Translations under genes and position numbers: made by a program
NCBI GenBank assembly: GCA_024346625.1
Contig: AP024664.1
Span: forward strand, 310,001 to 374,000
Direction of reading: 5' to 3'
Length of the DNA stretch: 64,000 nt
Origin: Williopsis jadinii
Taxonomy: Eukaryota
Notes under the pieces: model-generated
Seen by the model: the letters and a program-made list of their open reading frames with translations, nothing else
The model's database searches: none
Told to the model about the DNA's origin: nothing
Shown here: positions 19,651 through 31,598 of the stretch, one piece after another
Layout: each line of letters begins with the position of its first letter
How positions within the stretch are numbered: the first letter of the stretch is position 1

Positions 19651-21084
19651 GATATCACAGTTATGACAGTTGATCATTAAAATTTGTGATATGGTATTTA
19701 GTCATCGAAGAACTAGGTATCTGCCAGTTTATATGATTCCGGGTAACATCTGAAATGGAAATGTGTTCATATCAGGAAGTGTTTGAATCAGAGCGGTGGT
19801 GATGTGGCGCGCGCTATAAAAAAAAAGAAAAAACAATGGGAGATTTGATAAGAGCCAAATGTGACGCTGCTGTGTTAAGTTCATCTTCCAGATAGTCCTG
19901 AAGCATCATTAAGAGCATTTTGTTGACCATAATGTGTGCACTTATTAGAACTGAGTCCTAATAAGGCTACTTAATAGACCTAGGTTGGTCTCTCTATTGT
20001 TGTACGTCATCAACATATACATAGACAGTTGACTTCACTGTGCAACTTGTCTAGCCTCTCCTTGGTACCTTACCTTCACAATGCTTTAGATCCAGATAGC
20101 TTACTGAGCTTGAGACATTAAGAATTCAACACAAGAACCTAAATAAGCGAACAATTTGAGGTCATTGAAGCAAGCGTAAGTGTTCCAATGTTTGTACTGC
20201 ACAAATGGGGATCATATTTGTCATTTGGGTTGAGAGATGAGACCACAAGTTTACTGAAAGGCTCCATTTTGTTTTCCGGAAAACTAGAATATCTCTACCC
20301 AGTAGTGGATAGTAGAAATATGCCGCATAAAGCTTAGGAATAACATATAGTTGTAGATTCAGAACTGATAATGCCGTCAAAAGGTACTAAGTTGTCTTTT
20401 TAATGCCCACATTGTGTTCCATTATTCTCGTAAGTGACACATATATAGAGTAACTGTCACACATATAGTCGTTGACTGCTGGTATTGATATAGTTTAGCG
20501 CTGGAGGGTCATTTTGAAGTTACACAAAAGCATTGTACGTTGCAAAGTGATAGAAGTGCATGGATGGTTTAAAATGTTACACAAACACATCAGCTCAAAC
20601 TTATACGGATTATGATTTTCATTTACTTTCTTTCGTTGAGATTTCATAGCTGTATGGGTCACACCTGCTGTGTTAAAATGATTCGATAAAGGGTATAGAT
20701 TCTACCATGGTTACGGTTCTGGAGAACAGTTTTTCTAAAGATACGTCATTTAGGTATAGGTTTTGGCTTAAATGAACTCACCGTATGTAGAAGTACTATC
20801 TGGAGGATAGCGATCTAATATCAACTGTTGTGTTTTAAGACAGTGCTGATGAACAAATCTTTCTAAAAGCGGAGAGTATAGAAACTTTTTGACCAGTAGC
20901 ACAGTGCGTGGTGTTCATTCAATGTATGCGTGTGTGCTGATTGATGCAAGGAATAGTTGTGTAAAAATCGGATCACAGCGTAAATTTCAGTCCGTTACCT
21001 TACATGCTTTTCAGTTGAAACAAAAAGGGCAAGCTCATCCAGAGTTCAGCTCTCAAAAAAGGACAACTTTACAGTCAATTAAGG

Positions 21085-22332
21085 ATGGATGATTCTGATG
21101 AATACATCAGTGATGTGGAGGACATCCAGGTAAAACGTCGTTCTACAAGAAAATCTCAAGTCAAAAGTGATTTGAAGGGTGCAAATGGAGGTTATTCATG
21201 GGAAGATGAATACCAACGTAGTTGGGATATTGTGAAAGAAGATGAAGCTGGTAGTCTTGCCGGTATAGTATCTGGATTAATCGAATCAAAGAAGAAAAGA
21301 ATCATAAAGAATGTCACACCTTTTCAGAGAGGTATCATCCGTAATTTGATTCTGGTGATCGATATGAGCTCTTCGATGTTAGAAAAGGATCTTCGACCAA
21401 ATAGGCATGCTTTGACTATTACTAATGTGATCCAATTCATAACGGAATTCTTTGACCAAAACCCTATCTCACAACTGGGTATTATTGTTATGAGAAACGG
21501 TATAGCTCAACTTGTGAGTCAGGTTAGTGGGAATCCACAGGATCACATAGACGCATTGAAATCTATTAAAAAATTGGAGCCTAAGGGCGATCCATCCTTA
21601 CAAAATGCACTCGAAATGTCTCGTGGACTATTACTACACGTTGCATCTCATTGTACCAGAGAGGTACTCGTCGTGTTTGGATCACTGTTAACAATTGACC
21701 CGGGTAATATTCACAAAACGGTGAAATCACTTGTTGAAGAGAAGGTGAGGGTAAAGATTATCGGGCTTTCAGCGCAGGTGTCAATCTGTAAGGAGATTTG
21801 CAAGAAGACAAATTTCAACGATGAAAGCTCATATAAAGTTATATTAAACGAACACCATTTCAAAGATCTTTTGACGGAAGCTGTGGTGCCTCTCCCAGTG
21901 AATAAGATCAACAAGAGTTTTACTCTTGTGAAGATGGGGTTTCCTTCAAGGGTTTCACAGGATACACCTTCCTTTTGCTCATGTCATTCTAAGCTGACAT
22001 ACGGTGGCTATGTGTGTCCTAACTGCAAATCAAAAGTATGCTCTCTACCCACGATATGTCCATGTTGCAACATGATGCTTATCCTCTCTACGCATCTCGC
22101 ACGTTCATATCATCACCTCATTCCGCTTAAGAACTTTGAAGAAGTACCCGTTGCCGACGAATATGACTCCACACAATGTTTTGCATGTCAGAGTGAATTC
22201 CCTGATTTTATCGCAAACAAGACAACGAGTTCACGGTATAGGTGTGTTGATTGCAATCAGCATTTCTGTATTGATTGTGATGTCTTCATCCATGAGATGA
22301 TGCACAATTGTCCAGGATGCGAGAATATCTGA
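21085..22332 (+). CDS. SSL1: TFIIH subunit Ssl1/p44
   Basis: YSWEDEYQRSWD, QRGIIRNL vWA domain, C4 zinc finger and C-terminal RING-like FCIDCDVFIHE..HNCPGC. Confidence 0.96.
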   Translation: MDDSDEYISDVEDIQVKRRSTRKSQVKSDLKGANGGYSWEDEYQRSWDIVKEDEAGSLAGIVSGLIESKKKRIIKNVTPFQRGIIRNLILVIDMSSSMLEKDLRPNRHALTITNVIQFITEFFDQNPISQLGIIVMRNGIAQLVSQVSGNPQDHIDALKSIKKLEPKGDPSLQNALEMSRGLLLHVASHCTREVLVVFGSLLTIDPGNIHKTVKSLVEEKVRVKIIGLSAQVSICKEICKKTNFNDESSYKVILNEHHFKDLLTEAVVPLPVNKINKSFTLVKMGFPSRVSQDTPSFCSCHSKLTYGGYVCPNCKSKVCSLPTICPCCNMMLILSTHLARSYHHLIPLKNFEEVPVADEYDSTQCFACQSEFPDFIANKTTSSRYRCVDCNQHFCIDCDVFIHEMMHNCPGCENI

Positions 22333-22560
22333 CACGCTGATAAACGCTGTACAAGATCGAGAATTCATATGTAGTTGCACAGTTGCGTTACATAGTTTGT
22401 GGAATTGGGCTGAGGGGTTTTTGGTTGGCGCAACTTCAGGTGCACCGAAGCCGATTCTCATTTTTCTAAAAATCTCTTGAATACGTTTTACACATTCTTC
22501 CTCCAGGTGTAACAAAACATCATCAAGAAGACAACACGAATAAACCTCAAAGACTTAAAG

Positions 22561-24198
22561 ATGTCAAAATCTTTTGCTCGTTCGATTAAAAATGTTGTCA
22601 ATGGATATTCCTCGGCTCAAGTGAGGGTGAGAAATGGTGAGTTTCAAACTTTTATGTGATGATAGTGGAAAGGGACTAATCCCCCTTAAATCCATCACAA
22701 GTTTATTTGAGGTCGTACTAACCTAGAGATTAACCTAGCTACATCAAATGAACCACACGGACCTAGCGCTGGTGAGATGGAGGACTTAGCCGATCTCACA
22801 TATCAAAAGTAAGTGTGGATTTAAAATCCTCATTATGACATTGGTTTAACTAACTGAAAACAACTCAGTACCGAATTTCTTGAGATTATGGATATGTTAG
22901 ACAAGAGATTGAACGATAAGGGAAAAAATTATAGACATGTCACCAAGGCACTTACTGTACTTGACTATCTAGTTAGAAGCGGTTCAGAGAATGTTGTGCG
23001 TTGGTCTAGAGACAATCTCTATATCATCAAGACTTTGAGGGAATTCCAGTACGTTGACGATAACGGCCAAGACCAAGGTAATCTCATTAGAGTCAAGGCC
23101 AAGGAACTCACCTCATTGTTGAGGGATGATGAGAGATTGAAAGCAGAACGTGAATTACGTGCAAACCGCAGGGATGCAAGATCTCGTAGGAGAAGAAGCC
23201 GTGATCGTGACAGAGATGACTATGACGATGATGAGGACGATGAAGAGGCTGCATTGAGAAGGGCTTTAGAAGAGAGCAAAAGAACCGCTGAAGAAGATGA
23301 GAGAAGAAGAAGAGGTGTTGTTAATGAAGAAGATGGAGGATTAGAGGTTGCTTTGCAGCTCAGTCGTGAAGAGGAAGAGGCTAGAAGACAAAGGGAGGCA
23401 CAATCTCAAAACTTGCTTGACTTCTCGGACAACCAACAAGCAGTCCAATATGACGTTTGGGGTAATCCAATTTATGGTAATCAAAGCGATCTCTACCTTC
23501 AACAACAACAACAACAGGCTCTTTTGCAACAACAGCAACAACAGCAACAACAGGCTTATCTTCAACAGCAAGCTTATTTGCAACAACAAGCACAGCAGCA
23601 AGCTTACTTAGAGCAACAACAGTACCTCCAGCAACAGCAATACCTTCAACAACAACAGCAATTGCTAGCTGCTCAACAACAGGCACAATATGCACAACAG
23701 CAGCAACAAGAGCCTCTGAAGACAGGCTCCAACAATCCGTTTGCCTTAGGCTCTCAAAAGACAGCTTCTCAACCAGCAGGACAGGATGTCTTTGGACAGA
23801 CACAAGCTCAACAACAACAGCAACAACAGCAGCAGCAGCCACAATTAACTAAGGTCCCAACTGGGTCCCAACAAAAGAACGAACAGTTTTCCGAATTGAA
23901 CACATTATTAGCTCAGGGTACTGGTATCGATACTTTTGGTAATGAGGGAAATTTGCGTATACCTGCGCAGCATACACAAACCACTCAGTTTTTGAACTCC
24001 AGTGGAACTGGTATCCGCCAACAACAGACTGGAAATCCATTCTTGCAACAACAATATACAGGTGTTGCTAGCACTGGAATTGTGCCTTCATACACTGGTT
24101 ATGGCTTTGGTAACCAGAACCAACAACCACAGCAACAACAGCAACAACAATCAAGTTACAGAACTCAAGGTAACGAGCAGAGTTTGATTGATATCTAA
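22561..24198 (+). CDS. ENT2: Epsin Ent1/Ent2; exons 22561-22636, 22739-22808, 22869-24198
   Basis: ENTH domain (RSIKNVVNGYS, ATSNEPHGPS), two UIMs, polyQ, NPF motifs, C-terminal LIDI clathrin box; two introns restore the frame; Ent1 versus Ent2 cannot be distinguished. Confidence 0.88.
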
Positions 24199-24379
24199 AA
24201 TATCAATTTCGACTTTCTGGACTGTATTGTACATCTTTTTGCTGTTTGTTTTCTTCGTACTTGTTTTGTTTACTAGAATTATCATTCTGTTGTACTATTC
24301 TTTGATGATGTCGTAGTTCATTTTTTTTTCTTTTCATTGATTTCTATGAAGTTGTAATATAATATATAGGGTAGTCGCA

Positions 24380-26050
24380 TTAACGTTTCAAGAGCTTCTT
24401 GTAGACAACATTGTCACTTTCGTCCTGATATGTGTAACCTGTCTCTTCGAGGAATGTTTGAAACTTCTCAGTATCTTGTGGTGGAACATCAAACCCAGCC
24501 AACACTTGACCAACATCAGATCCATGGTTTCTGTAGTGGAATAAAGTCAAGTTCCAGTTGCCCTTGACACATTCGAGGAATTTAGTCAACGCACCAGGCT
24601 TCTCTGGGAACTCAAAGTTATAGAGCTTTTCGTTTGGCAAGTCTGCAGAGCCACCAACAAGGTAACGACCATGTGATTTGGCCATCTCATTCTGAGAAAT
24701 GTCAATTGCAGAGAATCCCAGATCTTCCAATTCCTTAATAACCTGAGATATCTCCTTCTTACGGTCCACGACAGAGAAAGAAGCGTAGATAGAGGCATTT
24801 TGGATCTCCTTACCATTCTCTTGGTTTGAATTATAACGGTAGGAGAATTCCGTGACGGTTCTTGGATGGATAACGCTCTGGAGCTTTTGGAAAGAGCCTG
24901 GAGTATCTGGAATTGAAATGAGCATGAAAACTTCCTTACCTTCACCAAGGACGGCTCTTTCAGATACAAATCTAAGTCTGTCAAAGTTCATGTTAGCACC
25001 TGAAAGCACTGGGATATAAGTAGCCTTAGAATGGTCCAACTCAGGGTGCTCCTCAATGTAACGTTTCATACCCGCAACGGTCATAGCACCAGATGGTTCG
25101 ACGATAGAACGTGTATCTTCGAAAATATCCTTGATAGCAGCACAGATCTCATCTGTGTCCACCTTGACAACCTCATCGACAACTTCAGAACACACTTTAA
25201 AGGTCTCTTCACCTAAAATTTTGACAGCGGTACCATCGGCGAAGGAACCAACGGTGCTCAATTGAACCCTCTCTTTGGCCTTGAGCGACTGATACAAAGC
25301 ATCAGCGTCGAAAGTTTCAACTCCGATGATCTTGACGTGAGGCGCAATTCTCTTGAGGTAAGCACCGATACCGGAGATCAGACCACCACCACCAACGGCA
25401 CAGAAAACAGCGGAGATCTTCTCACCGTTTGTCTGACGAAGCAACTCCATAGCAATGGTACCTTGTCCTGCAATGACATATGGGTGGTCAAATGGTGGAA
25501 TATTGGTCATTCCGTTCTCCTCAGAAAGTCTAGAACACTCACCCTTTGCAGCGTCGAAATCTTCACCGTACAACACAACCTGTGCACCTAATCTTGAAAC
25601 ATTTTGATATTTGATACTAGGAGTGGCCACTGGCATAACTATAGTAGCCGGGATACCCAAGTGCTTAGCGGAGAATGCAACACCTTGAGCGTGATTACCC
25701 GCAGAGCATGCAATGACACCTTTACCTCTGGAGGTATCATCCAACTTGGCGATCATGTTGTAGGCACCACGCAACTTGAAACTGAACACTGGCAAAAGGT
25801 CCTCTCTTTTCAAGTAGACAGATGAACCTGTCTTATGGGAAAGACTGACTGCATGTGAGAGCGGTGACTCCTCGATAACATCATACACTCTGGAGGTTAG
25901 GATCAAACGGACATAATCTGGATTACCATCTTCGAGAAGGTCTTGTTTACGCAAATCTGAGTACTGTGAAGCAAAGCGTCTCAGCTGCGATACAGAGCAC
26001 CTCAGGACAGACTTTGAACTCTCGAGAGTTCTTGTAATGAGCAAAGCCAT
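24380..26050 (-). CDS. ILV1: Threonine deaminase, mitochondrial
   Basis: [22 protein letters not shown]-lysine motif, SAGNHAQG, regulatory ACT-like C-terminus. Confidence 0.96.
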   Translation of the reverse strand: MALLITRTLESSKSVLRCSVSQLRRFASQYSDLRKQDLLEDGNPDYVRLILTSRVYDVIEESPLSHAVSLSHKTGSSVYLKREDLLPVFSFKLRGAYNMIAKLDDTSRGKGVIACSAGNHAQGVAFSAKHLGIPATIVMPVATPSIKYQNVSRLGAQVVLYGEDFDAAKGECSRLSEENGMTNIPPFDHPYVIAGQGTIAMELLRQTNGEKISAVFCAVGGGGLISGIGAYLKRIAPHVKIIGVETFDADALYQSLKAKERVQLSTVGSFADGTAVKILGEETFKVCSEVVDEVVKVDTDEICAAIKDIFEDTRSIVEPSGAMTVAGMKRYIEEHPELDHSKATYIPVLSGANMNFDRLRFVSERAVLGEGKEVFMLISIPDTPGSFQKLQSVIHPRTVTEFSYRYNSNQENGKEIQNASIYASFSVVDRKKEISQVIKELEDLGFSAIDISQNEMAKSHGRYLVGGSADLPNEKLYNFEFPEKPGALTKFLECVKGNWNLTLFHYRNHGSDVGQVLAGFDVPPQDTEKFQTFLEETGYTYQDESDNVVYKKLLKR

Positions 26051-26298
26051 TGTGGTCTTCTTAGTCTGTACCAAATGGATGTAGTTGATTAAAAAGGGAT
26101 TAAAGAAAAATTAAAACTGACGATGAGATGCTTCGACTCATTTTCCCGTAGTCGTCGGAATTGGTTTTTTCTCTTCATAGCAATTATTATATGAAGGGCT
26201 CATAACCATTCGATTAGACTATAAACTGGGTGAAATCTTACTTAACTAAACGACCTTCTTTCTCTTGCCTTTTACTGAATAACCCGTTAGCTTGGAAT

Positions 26299-27840
26299 AT
26301 GATCACTCTAGTGCTTATTACCGGTGTCCTAATCAGTATTGCAGCCTTCCTCTATAATCAGTATGTCTTCCATCAGAGAGACATCCATGAGATTGCACTC
26401 AATCAACAGTCCAACATCGGACAATCACGTCAGGAAGACGAGACCGCAGTGTACAGAAACAACTTGGTACCTATCGGAATGCCACTAGCCACAGGACTGA
26501 GCATAAGACAAGGGTTCAGGTTGCGTAATGGTAACCTTCGTGATATCTGGTCGGTCGTGATGACACAAAAAAACCACGATGCTCGTCTTCGGTTCATATC
26601 AGCTGACGATGATGCACTCGTATACGATATTGATCACTTGAACGGAATTTTTAAGAGATTGATGGAATATTTCGAGTCCATAGGTTGTAAGAAGATTGGA
26701 ATCGCAGTTCCAGTGTATACGTTCCATGGGTTTGTAACTACGATGGCTTGCTGGTCGCATGGTCTCACTGCCTACACTTTCAACAGATTACCACGAACCC
26801 AGTGCGATGTCGATGTTCTCATAGTTGATGAATCTCAATTGAGATTTGCAGAGATGTTCCAATACAAGAAAATAATTGTGGTATCAAAAGATCAGTCTGC
26901 ACAATATCCAGGCCAGGATGTTGTTAATTGGAGCTCAATTGGTGATTTGGACTCAGTAAGAGATGACAATTATGAGTACAAGTACGATCCTTCGTATGAT
27001 GATGTGATTCCTCTGGTGGATACCTACAACTTCCAATCATTTTCGTATACACATCAAAATTTTGTCAGTTCTATTGCCTCTATTATAAGAACTTTACCTC
27101 TGGGCCAAGAGTTTGGACGTGAAAACTTACTCATTGGATATGAAGATTCAACTATCAACTATTGGCCAAAGATTTTGGCAATTTTACTTTATGGAGGCTC
27201 AGTAATTATTGGATCGACATCTAACAAGTCATTCAGCACTGCAATTGAAACTTACGGCCCAACTATTCTCTCTGTGGATTCCACTTTTGCCAGTGGACAC
27301 TTTTCATCGATCGTGACTAAGTCTCAAAGTACGTTTCAAGCTTGGAAATTACACAGAGCAATTCACTTGCTATCACAGGGTGTTTTCTCTACGAATGCAT
27401 CTCTAAAGGAATACGGAAATCTCAGAATTGTATACGTTGGGTCAACTTCACCTGATAACGAACTCTCAAGCTTACAATTGACTACGATGAGAGCCTTGCT
27501 CGGGTGTCGTGTTATCTGTGAACGATTCTTGGAAGGTACTATCGGTGCAATATTGTCCACTAACTTTTATGACTACAGAGTGTTTTCAAATGATAGGTTA
27601 ATAAACCGGGGAACTGGTTCTTTATCACTGGAATTGAAGTTGTACAAGAGTGGAACTTATGATATTTCCAAGAGACATGGTGAGCTATGTATCCGTGGGT
27701 TTACTATTGGACGTCCTGTTAATCAACAGGACTTGGCTTTAGCTATTGAGCGTGGTGAGAGGGTTGGGTCTGAAGGATGGATGCCGACCAGAATCACCGG
27801 AAAATTTGGTACTGATGGGTGCTTTTATGAAGATGTCTAG
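26299..27840 (+). CDS. Membrane-anchored, divergent acyl-CoA-synthetase (ANL)-fold protein
   Basis: N-terminal TM segment; ETAVYRN, YTHQNFVSSIAS, GELCIRGFTIG, GWMPTRITGKFGTDG resemble degenerate ANL motifs. Confidence 0.55.
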   Translation: MITLVLITGVLISIAAFLYNQYVFHQRDIHEIALNQQSNIGQSRQEDETAVYRNNLVPIGMPLATGLSIRQGFRLRNGNLRDIWSVVMTQKNHDARLRFISADDDALVYDIDHLNGIFKRLMEYFESIGCKKIGIAVPVYTFHGFVTTMACWSHGLTAYTFNRLPRTQCDVDVLIVDESQLRFAEMFQYKKIIVVSKDQSAQYPGQDVVNWSSIGDLDSVRDDNYEYKYDPSYDDVIPLVDTYNFQSFSYTHQNFVSSIASIIRTLPLGQEFGRENLLIGYEDSTINYWPKILAILLYGGSVIIGSTSNKSFSTAIETYGPTILSVDSTFASGHFSSIVTKSQSTFQAWKLHRAIHLLSQGVFSTNASLKEYGNLRIVYVGSTSPDNELSSLQLTTMRALLGCRVICERFLEGTIGAILSTNFYDYRVFSNDRLINRGTGSLSLELKLYKSGTYDISKRHGELCIRGFTIGRPVNQQDLALAIERGERVGSEGWMPTRITGKFGTDGCFYEDV

Positions 27841-27976
27841 TCCTCCATTATTTGTACATACTTGACTAAAAAAGCAATATACATGGATCGTTGTCCTCTT
27901 CTTAGCCTTTTAAGATAGCCATACCCCATTATACATTACAAGACTATGTATGCTTTCATTTGTATAGTTTGCATAA

Positions 27977-29179
27977 TTATATACCACTGGAGTTGTGTTT
28001 ACTGGTTGTATCGTCGATGAACAAGCCCAGGATGTAAATGTTCACAAAGAAGAATCCCACAGAGCTCAATAACAACTGTGGGAAGAAAGTTGATTCCCCT
28101 AAGAACTCCAGTTTGTATGCAAAGAATAACCAGGTTGCTTGCGATGATATCCACAGCAACAGGGCCATTATTCCCTTAGACTTGTTCAATGACAACAGGG
28201 AAGAGTTTCTCAAGTAAAGAGGTAGGAAGATCAGGAACCAAATGAAATACTGGGACGTCACAACCTTGTTAAACGTCACAAAAGTCAATGTTTGAATCAA
28301 GAACGTATCACAGAGAGATTTCTTAGTCAGAGCCAAGGGGACAATTACTGCTGATAGCAATAACTGTGGTATGAATGCCAGTCTGGTGAAATCCGCGGAG
28401 GGGATCTGTGATAGCGCACTTGTGAAGTAAAGGGAAACGTTGTATATGGAAAAGTTGTGACGGTGATCAGATCTTATAAAGTGATAGAGGTATGAATGTT
28501 CCAAGAATTCGTACCCGTTGATGATGTACATGATCGATCCAAGTGTGACGAAAGTCACAATGGTACAAAACACAAACGTAATCACAGAATCCTCGAAAAC
28601 AACACCTGGGGATCTCCATACCTGTTTGATGCTATGTACAGGTAAGAGAAAGATGATAGCAGTTGGTATATAGATCACAGGGTAAATCTTGAAATGGACA
28701 GCGATGCCCGCAAACACTGCACAGGTCATAACGTTTCTCTTCAGCAAGTTATACACAAAGAGCATAACGAACACAGTCAAGACGCTCTCAGAGCTTCCCC
28801 TCGTAGATATCGTGGCAACCATTGGATTTAGAATCCAGATTGACCCCAGTACTGTTTTCTTCCAGCCTTTGACCATGGCCATCTCGAGTAATTGCAAGAT
28901 GATCAAGCCTGTTATGAGATCACAGGTTATGAATAGCCACTTACCAAAGTCTTCGAATATGTTGTTTGGAAGGAGTAACCAAGACAGTAGCGGAGTGTAC
29001 CTATAAGTCTCCCTCACGTATGGTGATCCACCATTCCATACGTATCCAGCTGCATCCGAAAACACCAAGTAGTCAATATCGGTATACTTGACTTCCATGT
29101 TGGCATCCTGATACTGCCCAAAGAGTAGGAACCCTACTCTCATCAATGCACCAGCAACAAGCAGCAGAGTAGATGACAT
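27977..29179 (-). CDS. GPI14: GPI mannosyltransferase I
   Basis: VKYTDIDYLVFSDAA, SPYVRETYRYTPLL, ISTRGSSES, RSDHRHNFS. Confidence 0.95.
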   Translation of the reverse strand: MSSTLLLVAGALMRVGFLLFGQYQDANMEVKYTDIDYLVFSDAAGYVWNGGSPYVRETYRYTPLLSWLLLPNNIFEDFGKWLFITCDLITGLIILQLLEMAMVKGWKKTVLGSIWILNPMVATISTRGSSESVLTVFVMLFVYNLLKRNVMTCAVFAGIAVHFKIYPVIYIPTAIIFLLPVHSIKQVWRSPGVVFEDSVITFVFCTIVTFVTLGSIMYIINGYEFLEHSYLYHFIRSDHRHNFSIYNVSLYFTSALSQIPSADFTRLAFIPQLLLSAVIVPLALTKKSLCDTFLIQTLTFVTFNKVVTSQYFIWFLIFLPLYLRNSSLLSLNKSKGIMALLLWISSQATWLFFAYKLEFLGESTFFPQLLLSSVGFFFVNIYILGLFIDDTTSKHNSSGI

Positions 29180-29343
29180 CTGTGTTTTCTCTTTGGACGG
29201 GTCTTGTTTGGCCTTCTCTTTCGATCCTGGAGAAGATGTGAAGGAAAAAGTTTGTCTCGGGACCACAAATTTGGTTGATCAACAACAAACAAAGGTTAGC
29301 CCCCATGACCGTAGTTCTGCCTAAACGGGACTAGGAGACAATA

Positions 29344-29934
29344 ATGGATATGCAGGAGACTCAAGAGGACGTTTATCGTTATTTCGATCTTTTTGATTTC
29401 AACAATGAGGATTTCTTAGTATGTTTATCGATGTGAATGCCTTATCTTCCCTCCCCCTCAAATTCAGCGAGTACTAACTGCGACAATTAGAATGGACTGG
29501 AGAACGTATTTGAATCGTACTTAGATCAGTTGAATTACGACAAGGATGAGAGAATACACGAGATAGTCACAGAGATAAGCCCAGAAGATAAGGAGAGACT
29601 GACTTTACAGGCGAAGACATTCTATTTCAGTAAGGAGACTGGTAATATCCTCAACATTGAAGATTATCAAGAGTGGAAGAAGAGCCAAAATCCCGAGCCT
29701 GGGTATTCTAACGATTACCAAAAGGTTGTTGAGCTTATTATGAGTGGTAGGGAGAATGAGATTCCCGGTATAAAACAGATACCAGACACAGTGCTCGAAG
29801 GCCAGGGTAGTGAGAGCAAGTCTTCACAGAGAAAGAAACCATGGGAAATCGCCAAAGAAAACGAACCGAAACCGGATGAAGATAACGAGGAACAGACCAA
29901 CAAGGAAGACACAACAGATGCTACAGTGATTTGA
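29344..29934 (+). CDS. PEX39: Pex39 (YJR012C-like) peroxin; exons 29344-29418 and 29491-29934
   Basis: Phase-0 intron GTATGT...TACTAAC...TAG; QAKTFYF, IPGIKQIPDTV and KPWE motif; divergent from GPI14 as YJR012C/YJR013W. Confidence 0.8.
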
Positions 29935-29975
29935 AGAGTGTTCATGGCTGTATATATATATACATTACTAATAAT

Positions 29976-30881
29976 CTATGAAGAAGAAGCACCTGTTGCT
30001 CTAAGAACCGCTTCGAATGCTGCTAAGGCTGCTGCGTTTGCAGGGAACGATCTTAATATCGAAGGAACAAACCCCTTTGTAAAACCTCTCCAACCTTTGT
30101 TTTGATAGATCTCTTTCGTTGCCAATTTCCAACTCTTAAAGGAGCCGTCAAATTTGTCATTTGCAAGTAAATATGATTTAACGACGTCACTTGGATATGC
30201 CGTTATCCAAAAGCATGAAGCACTGAGTCCACCAGCCCAGAAGTTTATCGCAAAGTCTGACATTGAGGTATGATCCTTCATCAGGTTGGTGAAGACCTCG
30301 TAAGTTCCCCACCAAGTGATGAAGTTCGTTCTAAAGATCAGAGTTGAGATCAAACCTTTGTACAATCCGTTGATACCCAATCCGTGTTGCTTGTAGACAT
30401 CCTTAATGACACTGATTGGACCACTGTATCTGTTATTGTTTGCACCATATTGCACTTGTAACTTCACTTTGGCAAGCTCCACAGGAGCAGCAATGAATGA
30501 AACGGTCCAGCCTGCCAACACTCCCGCAAATATGTGTCCCTTTAGATCCAGTTTTGGCTCATCAGCATAGAAATGACGCTTGATCAGTCGTCTGTAGTTA
30601 TGTAATGAGCCAAGCATAACGGAATCCATCATGATCCACCCAAACAGCGGAGGTGTAAATCCCAGATAGAATCCCTTTATACCTTGAGTCTTCAAAGTTT
30701 TATAACAACAGTCCAATGGACCCGTGAACCTAGTGGAGTCTGTCTGGAGTCTCACTTTGATGGTATCGAACGGATGACCCACGGCATTCTTAGCAATTCC
30801 AGAGAAGACACCGGCTACAAACCCAATGTACCCGCCTGGTGCTTGCTTCTTCTTCTTCTCTTGATTATTCTCTTGTGACAT
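29976..30881 (-). CDS. Mitochondrial carrier (carnitine/amino-acid carrier-like subgroup)
   Basis: Three PxDxxK-type signatures (PFDTIKVRLQ, PVELAKVKLQ, PSDVVKS). Confidence 0.88.
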   Translation of the reverse strand: MSQENNQEKKKKQAPGGYIGFVAGVFSGIAKNAVGHPFDTIKVRLQTDSTRFTGPLDCCYKTLKTQGIKGFYLGFTPPLFGWIMMDSVMLGSLHNYRRLIKRHFYADEPKLDLKGHIFAGVLAGWTVSFIAAPVELAKVKLQVQYGANNNRYSGPISVIKDVYKQHGLGINGLYKGLISTLIFRTNFITWWGTYEVFTNLMKDHTSMSDFAINFWAGGLSASCFWITAYPSDVVKSYLLANDKFDGSFKSWKLATKEIYQNKGWRGFTKGFVPSILRSFPANAAALAAFEAVLRATGASSS

Positions 30882-31598
30882 CTGGATCCTTGAAACTGAG
30901 GGAGTTATAAATCACTTGAGAAGAAAGAATGACAGAATGAGAAGTAGGACATCGGCGTATAAGACAAAAGTACTGAAAAAATTCGGGTCTCGAAACAAGC
31001 TCCACAAGCGTGCGGAACCGGGGACTAAAAGCATGCCGGTAATGGTACAGGTCCCCAGACTAAATCACGACTACAAGATTTGTAGAACATGGGCTCCTGT
31101 GACAAACTGTTCAAGGCTAAGTGTTTCGTGTTTCCTGGCTTGTGTAGCTGGGAAAAGTTATAACACAGTGTGAACTCTAATTGGTCACCGGAGTGGACGA
31201 TCCACGGATAAATGAATTATACCTCACTGGGCGGAGGGAAGTGGGAGAAGGCACGTTTTCGTTTTATATTGTTGAATCCTGCATTTGCGGCTGCATAGGT
31301 GGTTGAGGATTGTAGCTTACTATTGTTTGCAAGCGATCACGTTGCTGTGCCAGCAGCTGCTCCCCCCATATTGATGGATATGTGACTTTATGTACATGAG
31401 GTTTATTGAGTGAAAGCCTTAGAGGTCATACTTTCAGGCAAGTTGACACGTTAATTGATGGTTGCACGGGTTCACCGAGGACCATAATTCCCAACTATAT
31501 AAAGGTCGCATACAACCTCTCTCTGTTACTTTTGAATGATGTTTTCATTCCTCTTTGCTAATATCATCTAAGTAGATTACTAGCTTCAAATTGACAAA

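Larger units (their letters stand above)
14052..21084. other. Candidate regional centromere (7-kb gene-free interval)
   Basis: Longest intergenic gap in the window, directly after RER1 (CEN3-adjacent in S. cerevisiae); AT-rich core, repeats and transposon relic; lower GC in nearby genes than in distal genes (visual impression). Confidence 0.65.

Noticed and set aside
19650..21084. Short ORFs right of the AT core; also searched 14052-14760 for DOM34 or Ty remnants
   Set aside because: No recognisable motif in the frames I translated by eye; a tBLASTn search is needed to exclude highly decayed relics.
23500..23840. CAA/CAG repeats in epsin (also about 50607-50653 in the Nnf2-like gene)
   Set aside because: Ordinary coding polyQ tracts.
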